From Acidobacteriota bacterium (lineage in GTDB: Bacteria > Acidobacteriota > Thermoanaerobaculia > UBA5066 > Gp7-AA6), in assembly GCA_040004075.1 (NCBI GenBank), contig JBDUBP010000046.1, positions 1-43,059 on the forward strand: 43,059 bases of DNA. Reading direction: 5' to 3'. The position numbers and the translations under genes are program-made. Every line of letters starts with the position of its first letter. Positions within the stretch are counted from its first letter, which is position 1. Below, piece by piece: positions 35,968 to 43,059 of the stretch. The notes beneath the pieces were generated by a model. That model made no database searches, was not told where the DNA came from, and saw nothing but the letters and a program-made list of their open reading frames with translations.

Positions 35968-36836
35968 CCGACGAGAGACGCCATGGCTTCGTAGGTCTCC
36001 GGCCGGCGGTCCCGGTAGAACTGCCAGACGCGCCGGACCTCCTCGATCATGTCGAGGTCCATTTCCGCCGTGACGAGCTCGTTCCTGTCTTCGGAGCCGA
36101 CGGCGAGGAAGTTGCCGCGCGGATCGACGAAGTAGGACGAGCCGTAGAACTTGCCGATGTTCCAGGGCGCCTCCGTCCCCACGCGGTTGCTGCAGGCCAT
36201 GAAATAGCCGTTCGCGACGGCGTGCGCCGGCTGCTCGAGCTTCCAGAGGTACTGCGAGAGTCCCGCGACGGTGGCGGACGGGTTGAAGACGATCTCCGCG
36301 CCGTTCAACCCGAGGAGCCGGGCTCCCTCGGGGAAGTGGCGGTCGTAGCAGATGTAGACGCCGACCTTCGCGTACCGGGTCTGGAAAACGGGATAGCCGA
36401 GGTTTCCCGGCTTGAAAAAATACTTCTCCCAGAAGCCGGACGTGTGGGGGATGTGGTTCTTGCGGTACTTGCCGAGGTACGAGCCGTCGGCGTCGTACAC
36501 GGCGGCAGTGTTGTAGTACACGCCCGCCTGTTCGCGCTCATAGACTGGGATCACCATCGCCATCCGATACTGCTTCGCGTACTGCGCGAGACGCTCCGTG
36601 GTCGGGCCCGGAACGGGCTCCGCCATGTCGTACCAGCGGGCGTCCTGGGACGGGCAGAAGTACGGGCCGTTGAAGATTTCCTGCAGCCCGAGGATCTGGA
36701 CGCCGCGCCTTCCCGCCTCTTCGATCAGCGGAACGTGTGCGTCGATCGCCGCGTCGGAAATTTCCTTGGTGGACGCGCCGGGGTCGGAGATCGGGTTCGC
36801 GCACTGAATCAGGCCGCCGAGCACCTTCCGTGGCAT
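35964..36836 (-). CDS. beta-ureidopropionase (CN-hydrolase / nitrilase superfamily)
   Basis: 290 aa. Catalytic-triad contexts LQEIFNGPYF (Glu), YRKNHIP (Lys) and GVYICYDRHFPE (Cys). ATGA overlap with the next gene. Confidence 0.9.
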   Translation of the reverse strand: MPRKVLGGLIQCANPISDPGASTKEISDAAIDAHVPLIEEAGRRGVQILGLQEIFNGPYFCPSQDARWYDMAEPVPGPTTERLAQYAKQYRMAMVIPVYEREQAGVYYNTAAVYDADGSYLGKYRKNHIPHTSGFWEKYFFKPGNLGYPVFQTRYAKVGVYICYDRHFPEGARLLGLNGAEIVFNPSATVAGLSQYLWKLEQPAHAVANGYFMACSNRVGTEAPWNIGKFYGSSYFVDPRGNFLAVGSEDRNELVTAEMDLDMIEEVRRVWQFYRDRRPETYEAMASLVG

Positions 36837-36877
36837 GTTCGTCCTCCGTTATCCGCGGGGTTGGAGAGCGCTGTCGA

Positions 36878-38377
36878 TCAGAACCAGCGCGAGATCACGA
36901 CCTTCTTGTCCGTGTAGAACTCGAAGGCGTCTCGCCCGTGCACTTTGAGGTCGCCGAAGAAGCTGTCCTTGGAACCGCCGAAGGGGAAGTACGCCATCGG
37001 CGCGGCCACCCCGATGTTGACGCCCACCATGGACGCGGAGGCGTGGCGCGCGAACTCCCGCGCGGACTTGCCGCTCGACGTGAAGATCGACGTGGCGTTC
37101 GCGTTCGGGTGGGCGTGCATGACGGCAATCGCGTCGTCGAGAGTCTCGACGGGATGGATCGAGGCCACGGGACCGAAAATCTCCTCGTGCCCGATCGCCA
37201 TCTCCGGGGTCACGCCGTCGAAGATCGTCGGGCCCACGAAGAATCCCTTCTCCCGGCCGGGCACGTCCACCTTCCGGCCGTCGAGCACGAGATCGGCCCC
37301 TTCGGAGACCCCCTTTTCGATGTAACCGAGGACCTTCTCGCGATGGCGGCCGCTGATGACCGGGCCCATTCCCACCGCCGGGTCCGTCCCGTCCCCGACC
37401 TTCAGGCCGCGCGCCGCCTCGGCGAGGCGTTCGCGGGCGACGCCGTGCGCCTCCCCGACGGGGACGAGGACGCTTCCTGCGAGGCACCGCTCGCCGGCGC
37501 ACCCGTAGAACGATTCGGTGATCACCGGGATCGCCCGATCCCATTGAGCGTCGGGCATCACCACAACGAAATTCTTCGCCCCGCCGAGAGCCTGCACGCG
37601 CTTGCCCGTGTGCGTGGCGCGGCGATACACGGCGCGCGCGACGGGCGTCGAACCGACGAACGACACGGCGGAAATGCCCGGGTGGTCGCAGATGGCTTCG
37701 ACGGCCTCGCGCCCGCCGTTGACCAAGTTCACGACACCGGGAGGAAGGCCGCATTGCTCGAGAAGCTCGAACATGCGCTTCTGCGAGAGCGGAACCTGCT
37801 CCGACGGCTTCGCGATGAACGTGTTTCCGGTGGCGACCGCGAAGGGGAGAAACCATAGGGGCACCATGGCGGGGAAATTGAACGGCGCGATCGCGGCGCA
37901 GACGCCCACCGGTTGCCTGTACGCCTGGCAGTCGACCCCCGACGAGATGTTCTCGAGCGAGTACCCCATCGAGAGGGAAGGAGCGCCGCAGGCGACCTCG
38001 ACGCACTCGATCCCGCGGCGAACGCTTCCTCGCGCCTCGTCGAGGGTCTTTCCATGCTCGGTCGTCACGATCGACGCGAGCTCTTCGAAATGCTCTTCCA
38101 GGAGAGCCTTGAACCGGTAGAGGACCTGCGTCCGCGCCACGACCGGGGTGTCTCTCCACGCCGGGAAGGCCTTCCTCGCGGCGTCGACGGCCTGATCGAC
38201 CTCGGCGGCGGGGGAGAGGGGCGTCCGGGCGATGACCTCGCCGCGGGCGGGATTGGTGACGTCCTGGAACTCGCGGGCCCGGGACTCGACCCAGCGTCCC
38301 CCGATATAGTTCGGGAGGACGGGGACATCGCTCTGCGAGCGGCGGGCGGTGCCTTCCGAGAGCGCGGTGCTGGCCAT
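36878..38377 (-). CDS. mmsA: CoA-acylating methylmalonate/malonate-semialdehyde dehydrogenase
   Basis: 499 aa ALDH. N-terminus VPVLPNYIGGRWVES, then FNFPAMVPLWFLPFAVATGNTFIAKPSE and a catalytic Cys in GERCLA. AAGGAGG SD. Confidence 0.9.
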   Translation of the reverse strand: MASTALSEGTARRSQSDVPVLPNYIGGRWVESRAREFQDVTNPARGEVIARTPLSPAAEVDQAVDAARKAFPAWRDTPVVARTQVLYRFKALLEEHFEELASIVTTEHGKTLDEARGSVRRGIECVEVACGAPSLSMGYSLENISSGVDCQAYRQPVGVCAAIAPFNFPAMVPLWFLPFAVATGNTFIAKPSEQVPLSQKRMFELLEQCGLPPGVVNLVNGGREAVEAICDHPGISAVSFVGSTPVARAVYRRATHTGKRVQALGGAKNFVVVMPDAQWDRAIPVITESFYGCAGERCLAGSVLVPVGEAHGVARERLAEAARGLKVGDGTDPAVGMGPVISGRHREKVLGYIEKGVSEGADLVLDGRKVDVPGREKGFFVGPTIFDGVTPEMAIGHEEIFGPVASIHPVETLDDAIAVMHAHPNANATSIFTSSGKSAREFARHASASMVGVNIGVAAPMAYFPFGGSKDSFFGDLKVHGRDAFEFYTDKKVVISRWF

Positions 38378-38423
38378 GGGCGAACCTCCTTGGCGGAAGG
38401 GGAAGGATATCTGAATGGGTCGT

Positions 38424-38465
38424 CAGTTATCAGTTCTGAGTTCTGAGTTTTCGGGCTCGATTCTC
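38424..38465. repeat. heptamer array (CAGTTAT CAGTTCT GAGTTCT GAGTTTT CGGGCTC GATTCTC)
   Basis: Read directly. This is the only array lying in a divergent (5') intergenic region. Confidence 0.8.
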
Positions 38466-38639
38466 GCCCGGAGGGGCCCGCAACCCGGCGCCTCCCTTTG
38501 ATTCCCGGCCCCCGTTCCCGTCCCCTCCCCCCACCGCCTCCCGCCTGAGCCGCGCGGTGCGCGCGCTCCTTCCCGCCTCCCCCGTCCCGCCTCAGGTCTT
38601 CAAGGGGCGTACAATTTTCGGTTTCCATCCGGAGGCGTC

Positions 38640-39779
38640 ATGAGCGTCGATCTCTCGGTGAATTTCACGGGGGTCCGGTTCGAGAATCCGTTCCTTCTGT
38701 CGTCCGCTCCGCCGACCGAGTCGGAGGCGAACATCCTCCGGGCCTTCGAGGCCGGGTGGGGAGGCGTCGTCACCAAGACGATCGGCCTCCATCCGGTCGT
38801 CAACGTGCGGGGGCCGAAGACCAAGTTCCTCCGGTCCGAGATCGACTCGACGGGAATCTCGATGCAGAAACGCCCGGGCACGGCGCTGCACTCGTCGTGG
38901 AACTGGGAGCTGATCTCGGACAAGACCCTCGACTGGTGGGCGCCTCGCATTTCACGGATCAAGAAGGCGCACCCTGGAAAAGTTCTCATCGCCTCCATCA
39001 TGGCGGGGTCGGGCAGCGACACCGAGCTCGCGCACTGGCAGACGCTGGCCCGCGTCTGTCAGGACGAGGGGGCCGACGCCCTCGAGCTGAATCTTTCGTG
39101 TCCGCACATGGATCGGCAGGACATGGGGTCCAACATCGGAAGGGACAGCGAGCTCGTTTCGGTGGTGGCCCAGGTCGTCCGTGAGGTGTCGCGCATTCCC
39201 GTCTGGGCGAAGCTGACGCCTTCGACGACGGACATCGTCCTCGAGGCGAAGGCGGCTTTCCTCGGCGGCGCCGACGCGATCTCCTCTTCCAACACCTTCA
39301 CTTCGCTTCCGCTGGTCGATCCGGAGACCCTCGAGTTCGAAGTGAACGTCGATGGCCTCGTCTCGACGGGAGGGCTCGGAGGCCCCGCGATTCTCCCGCT
39401 CTCTCTCGCGAAGGTGGCCCAGATGACGGGCGCCTTCCCCGACCGCAGCTTCTCGGGGATCGGCGGGATCGCGAGCTTTGCCCATGCGCTGAACTACTTT
39501 CTCCTCGGTTGCGGAACCGTCCAGGTGTGCACCGCGGCCATGCTCGACCGCGCCGTCGGTCCCAACGTGATCAAAGCGCTCATCCGGGACATGACCGAAT
39601 TCCTGGAGAAGCGCGCCGATCGCGGCTGGAAGAGCCTGGAGGATTTTCGAGGACTTTCCCGCGACCGGATCGTCCCGCAGTCGCGCATCGCCCGCCCGGG
39701 CGCGTCCGAGTACCACGGCGGGCACGACAGCGCGGAGGGGTATGCGGATCCGGCGGAGCTGCACGTCCGCGCGGACTGA
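38640..39779 (+). CDS. dihydropyrimidine dehydrogenase-like flavoenzyme (PreA / DHOD-fold catalytic domain only)
   Basis: 379 aa. Has the active-site loop LELNLSCPH and a DHOD-like TIM-barrel pattern (GGVVTKT, GIGGI). The C-terminus has no Cys-rich ferredoxin module. Confidence 0.8.
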   Translation: MSVDLSVNFTGVRFENPFLLSSAPPTESEANILRAFEAGWGGVVTKTIGLHPVVNVRGPKTKFLRSEIDSTGISMQKRPGTALHSSWNWELISDKTLDWWAPRISRIKKAHPGKVLIASIMAGSGSDTELAHWQTLARVCQDEGADALELNLSCPHMDRQDMGSNIGRDSELVSVVAQVVREVSRIPVWAKLTPSTTDIVLEAKAAFLGGADAISSSNTFTSLPLVDPETLEFEVNVDGLVSTGGLGGPAILPLSLAKVAQMTGAFPDRSFSGIGGIASFAHALNYFLLGCGTVQVCTAAMLDRAVGPNVIKALIRDMTEFLEKRADRGWKSLEDFRGLSRDRIVPQSRIARPGASEYHGGHDSAEGYADPAELHVRAD

Positions 39780-39847
39780 CGGCGCCTGCGGGCCTGACGG
39801 CGCCTGCGGGCGGGACGGTGCCTGCGGGCGGGACGGATCCGCCTGCG
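39776..39847. repeat. 18-nt tandem repeat, about 4 units (CTGACGGCGCCTGCGGGC x2, GGGACGGTGCCTGCGGGC, GGGACGGATCCGCCTGCG)
   Basis: Read directly. It starts on the preA-like stop codon and ends 43 nt before the kinase ATG. Confidence 0.85.
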
Positions 39848-39890
39848 AATTGACCGCGCTCGCGCATTTGCGCCATAGTCACGAGGTTCA

Positions 39891-42800
39891 ATGAGCTCGG
39901 CCTCTTCGCGCCGGCGCGCCTCCGCGGAACCCTTCCCGAAATCCTCTCCGGCCTCCTTCCGCAGGAAGGTACGGGTGGGATTCGCGGGCGCGGCTCTCCT
40001 AGTCCTGGTCTTCGCGGCCGCCGCTCTCGTCGCGTTGAACGGCTCGGTCTCGAGCGCGCGGTTCGTGCTCGACCAGTCCCGGCAGATCATCGAGTTCGGC
40101 CGATTCCAGTCCGCGGTCGAGCGAAAGATGACGACCTTCCGCGGCTACCTGCTCACGGGGGACGAGCGCCGGCTGAAAGCCTTCGGGGTCTCTCGGGCCG
40201 CGGTCGGGATCGGGCTTTCCCGGCTCGAGAAATACGCTTCGGCGGAAGATCGCGATCTGGTGGAAAGGCTGCGGGAGGGCGAGGCGGAGCACCAGAGGGC
40301 CGCCGAAGCCGCAATCGCTCTTCGGCGCTCGGGCGCGGATCTCGAGTCGGTGGCACGATACTTCGCCGAGACGGTCGAGCCGCGACGGGAGGCGTTCGAG
40401 GCCGCCATCGATTCGTTTCTGAGAACGCGCGAACGCATTCTGGAGGCTGCGGCGCGCGACTCCGAACGCACGAACGCTCTTTCCTTCGTGGTCCTGGCGG
40501 CCATCGGCTTGTCCGCTCTCGGTGCGACCGTCGTTCTCTCGGTCGTTCTGACGCGCCGCCTGTCGGGGCTGTTCGAGGCGGAGCAGGAGGAGCGGCACCG
40601 CGCGCAGGACAGCGCCGGCGCGCTTGCCGCCAGCGAGGAGCGTTTCCGGCGGCTGTACGACTCCGGGATGATCGGCATCGGATTCGGAGATCTCTCGGGA
40701 GCGCTCGTCGACGGGAACGACGCTTTCCTGCGGATCCTCGGCCGCACCCGGGAAGAGCTCGGCGGCGCAGGCCTGAGATGGGACGCGCTGACGCCGCCCG
40801 AGTGGAAGGCGGCGGACGAGGACGACATCCAGGAGCTGCGGACGAAGGGCGTCTTTCAGCCCCATGAAAAAGAATACCTCCGGGCAGATGGAGAGCGCGT
40901 GTCGGTGCTCGTCGGCGGGGCGCTCCTGCCGGGAGCGTCGGACCGCTTCGCGGCGTTCGCACTCGACGTCACGGAAAGGAAGAGTGGGGAGGCCGAGCGG
41001 TCGGATCTCCTTCGGCGGGAACAGACGGCCCGCGCCGCGGCGGAGGGAGCGCAGCGCCGGTCGTCGTTTCTGGCGCGCGCGAGCCAAATCCTGGCGTCCT
41101 CCCTCGACTACGCGATCACTCTGCAATCGATCGCGGCCCTCGCCGTTCCGGACATTTCGGACTGGTGCTTCATCGACCTCGTCTCGGACGAGGGCATCCG
41201 GCGCGTCGCCGTCACGTGCGCCTTTCCTGAGCGCGCGGGCCTCGCCCGCGAGCTCGAGACGGCGAACCTCCTCGACGCCGACGCTCCCGTCGGACCGCCC
41301 AACGTCCTCCGCACCGGCCGCTCGGAGCTGATCGAGACCCTGGACGACGAGGCGTTGAGCTCGGTCGCGCGAAGCCCGGAGGCCTACCGGATCCTGCGGG
41401 ACATGGCGATCGTCTCCGTGATGACGGTCGCCATCCGCGACTCTCAGGCGGTCGTCGGGATCGTGACGCTCGTGAGCGCCGAGTCCGGCCGCCGGTTTGG
41501 GACGGACGACCTCGCTCTCGCCGAGGATCTCGCGGTCCGCGCCGGCGTGGCGATGGAAAACGCGCGGCTGTTCGACCTGGTCCGGCAGGAGCGCGCCCTC
41601 GCCGAGTGGCACGAGGCCCGGTCCTCGTTTCTGGCCCGAGCAAGCGAAGTACTCGCCTCGTCTCTCGATTACCGGACGACGCTCGCCAGCGTCGCCCGCC
41701 TCGCGATCACCGAAGTTGCGGATTTCTGCGTGATCGACATGCAGCAGAAGGATGGCTCGCTGAGAACGCTCGCGATCGAGCATTCGGATCCGAACATCCG
41801 GGACGAGGCGAGGAACATCTTGAAGAAGTTCCCCTCCCGACAGGACCAGCCGTATGGTCCCCCGAACGTGATCCGAACGGGAAACCCGGAGCTGGCCTCC
41901 ACGATCTCGGAGGAGATGCTGCGGGCGGCGACCCTGAGCGAAAGCCACTACCAGGCCGCCGCGAAGCTCGGCTTTCGCTCCTACATGTGCGTTCCGATCG
42001 GAGTGCGAGGTCAGCTGCTCGGAACGGTTACGTTCATCGCATCCAGTTCGGGTCGGAACTACACGCCGGACGATCTATCGCTCGCCGAGGCTCTCGCCTA
42101 CCGGGCGAGCCTTGCGATCGACAACTCCCGTCTGTACGAAGAGGCCCAGGAGGCGATCCGCGCGCGCGACGAGTTTCTCTCCGTCGCCTCTCATGAGCTC
42201 AAGACGCCGGTGACGACCCTGCAACTGCAGGTCCAGGGGCTGCTTCGCCGCGTGCGGACGGGAGCGGTGCCGAGCGCGGAGGCGCTGGCGGAACGGCTCG
42301 CGACGTCCGAGCGTCAGGTCGAGCGGCTCACCCATCTCATCAACGACCTGCTGGACATCTCCCGGATCACGGGAGGCCGGCTCGACCTCCACATCGAGCC
42401 GGTGGATTTCTCCGCCGTACTGCGGGAGGTCTCCACGCGTCTCGAGGAGTCCCTGGTGCGCGCCGGGTGCGCGCTCGTCGTCAACGCGCCGGAACCCCAC
42501 GTCGGAGCCTGGGACCGGCTGCGCCTCGACCAGATCGTCACCAACCTCGTGTCCAACGCGATGAAGTACGGAGCGGGAAAGCCGATCGAGCTCACTCTGA
42601 CCTCTCACGGCGACATCGTCCGCCTCGCGGTGGCGGACGAGGGCATCGGGATCGCCCCCGAGAACCAGGCGCGCATCTTCGAGCGTTTCGAGCGCGCGGT
42701 ATCGGGCCGGCACTACGGAGGGCTTGGCCTCGGGCTCTGGATCGTCCGCCAGATCGTCGACGCTCTGGGCGGCGTGATCGCGGTGCACAGCGAGGCGGGC

Positions 42801-42893
42801 CGCGGTTCGGTGTTCACCGTGGATCTCCCGCGAGAGCGCCACCCGGCGGCGGTCGGACGGGCTTCCGAACCCGCGTTGAGAGTTGAGCGTTAG
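39891..42893 (+). CDS. sensor histidine kinase: CHASE3 - TM - PAS - GAF - GAF - HisKA - HATPase_c
   Basis: 1000 aa. CHASE3 signature FRGYLLTGDE lies between two hydrophobic segments. H-box is SVASHELKTPVT. N and G boxes are NLVSNAMKYG and GLGLGLWIVRQIV. No receiver domain. Confidence 0.9.
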   Translation: MSSASSRRRASAEPFPKSSPASFRRKVRVGFAGAALLVLVFAAAALVALNGSVSSARFVLDQSRQIIEFGRFQSAVERKMTTFRGYLLTGDERRLKAFGVSRAAVGIGLSRLEKYASAEDRDLVERLREGEAEHQRAAEAAIALRRSGADLESVARYFAETVEPRREAFEAAIDSFLRTRERILEAAARDSERTNALSFVVLAAIGLSALGATVVLSVVLTRRLSGLFEAEQEERHRAQDSAGALAASEERFRRLYDSGMIGIGFGDLSGALVDGNDAFLRILGRTREELGGAGLRWDALTPPEWKAADEDDIQELRTKGVFQPHEKEYLRADGERVSVLVGGALLPGASDRFAAFALDVTERKSGEAERSDLLRREQTARAAAEGAQRRSSFLARASQILASSLDYAITLQSIAALAVPDISDWCFIDLVSDEGIRRVAVTCAFPERAGLARELETANLLDADAPVGPPNVLRTGRSELIETLDDEALSSVARSPEAYRILRDMAIVSVMTVAIRDSQAVVGIVTLVSAESGRRFGTDDLALAEDLAVRAGVAMENARLFDLVRQERALAEWHEARSSFLARASEVLASSLDYRTTLASVARLAITEVADFCVIDMQQKDGSLRTLAIEHSDPNIRDEARNILKKFPSRQDQPYGPPNVIRTGNPELASTISEEMLRAATLSESHYQAAAKLGFRSYMCVPIGVRGQLLGTVTFIASSSGRNYTPDDLSLAEALAYRASLAIDNSRLYEEAQEAIRARDEFLSVASHELKTPVTTLQLQVQGLLRRVRTGAVPSAEALAERLATSERQVERLTHLINDLLDISRITGGRLDLHIEPVDFSAVLREVSTRLEESLVRAGCALVVNAPEPHVGAWDRLRLDQIVTNLVSNAMKYGAGKPIELTLTSHGDIVRLAVADEGIGIAPENQARIFERFERAVSGRHYGGLGLGLWIVRQIVDALGGVIAVHSEAGRGSVFTVDLPRERHPAAVGRASEPALRVER

Positions 42894-42945
42894 CATGGGA
42901 GTTGAGAGTTGAGAGTTGAGAGTTCAGGTCGAGAAATGACGAGAA
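42873..42945. repeat. heptamer array (GAGAGTT / GAGCGTT units, one phase slip) straddling the kinase stop codon
   Basis: Read directly. The unit is the same as in the 5436..5547 array. Confidence 0.85.
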
Positions 42946-43003
42946 CCGGGAACCCGGGTGAATCGTGCGCGCCGCTCCGACTCTGAAGTCTCCGTTTTCC
43001 GCT

Positions 43004-43045
43004 CAACGCCGAACGCCGAACGCCGAACGCCGAACGCTGAACGCA
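43004..43045. repeat. heptamer array GAACGCC x4 plus degenerate units
   Basis: Read directly, near the window end. Confidence 0.85.
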
Positions 43046-43059
43046 AAGCCCTCTGGTCT

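Noticed and set aside
39999-41948. 649-aa ORF antisense to the histidine kinase
   Set aside because: A shadow ORF with no domain signatures. The plus-strand frame has CHASE3, PAS, GAF, HisKA and HATPase motifs.

Overview
A 43-kb high-GC bacterial chromosomal segment with about 36 credible protein genes. I found no rRNA, tRNA, CRISPR array, transposase or integrase. Lineage cannot be assigned from the sequence alone.

Left part:
- serA-serC-DUF1015 operon on the minus strand.
- A frameshifted alpha/beta-hydrolase pseudogene.
- A PilZ protein, a MOSC protein and a HIBADH-like oxidoreductase.
- A visibly A/T-richer islet (8.6-10.4 kb) carrying a 46-aa peptide ORF, a sigma-region-2-like protein and a TPR protein.
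- A secreted HExxH metalloprotease and a DUF885 protein.
- A K-channel / PlsC / PLP-decarboxylase gene string.
- sthA, an SDR, a PLD-type cardiolipin synthase and a DUF5329 protein.

Right part (22.4-39.8 kb) is a nucleobase-catabolism supercluster:
- Purine side: NCS1 permease, then allantoinase, allantoicase, OHCU decarboxylase, HIU hydrolase and uricase on the plus strand.
- A roughly 10-kb minus-strand gene string: mmsA, beta-ureidopropionase, dihydropyrimidinase, a 270-nt structured spacer, class-III aminotransferase, a three-subunit molybdenum hydroxylase (xanthine-dehydrogenase-like) and a CitE/HpcH-like unknown.
- A stand-alone DPD/PreA-like flavoenzyme and a CHASE3-PAS-GAF-GAF histidine kinase follow on the plus strand.

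The most unusual non-genic signal is a family of at least 12 tandem heptanucleotide arrays. The period is always 7 but the unit sequence varies. They sit almost exclusively at gene 3' ends, and some encode C-terminal tails. One pair forms an inverted repeat around the DUF5329 gene. There is also a 50-nt element present in two near-identical copies.

Many long ORFs in the supplied track are high-GC shadow ORFs and were rejected.
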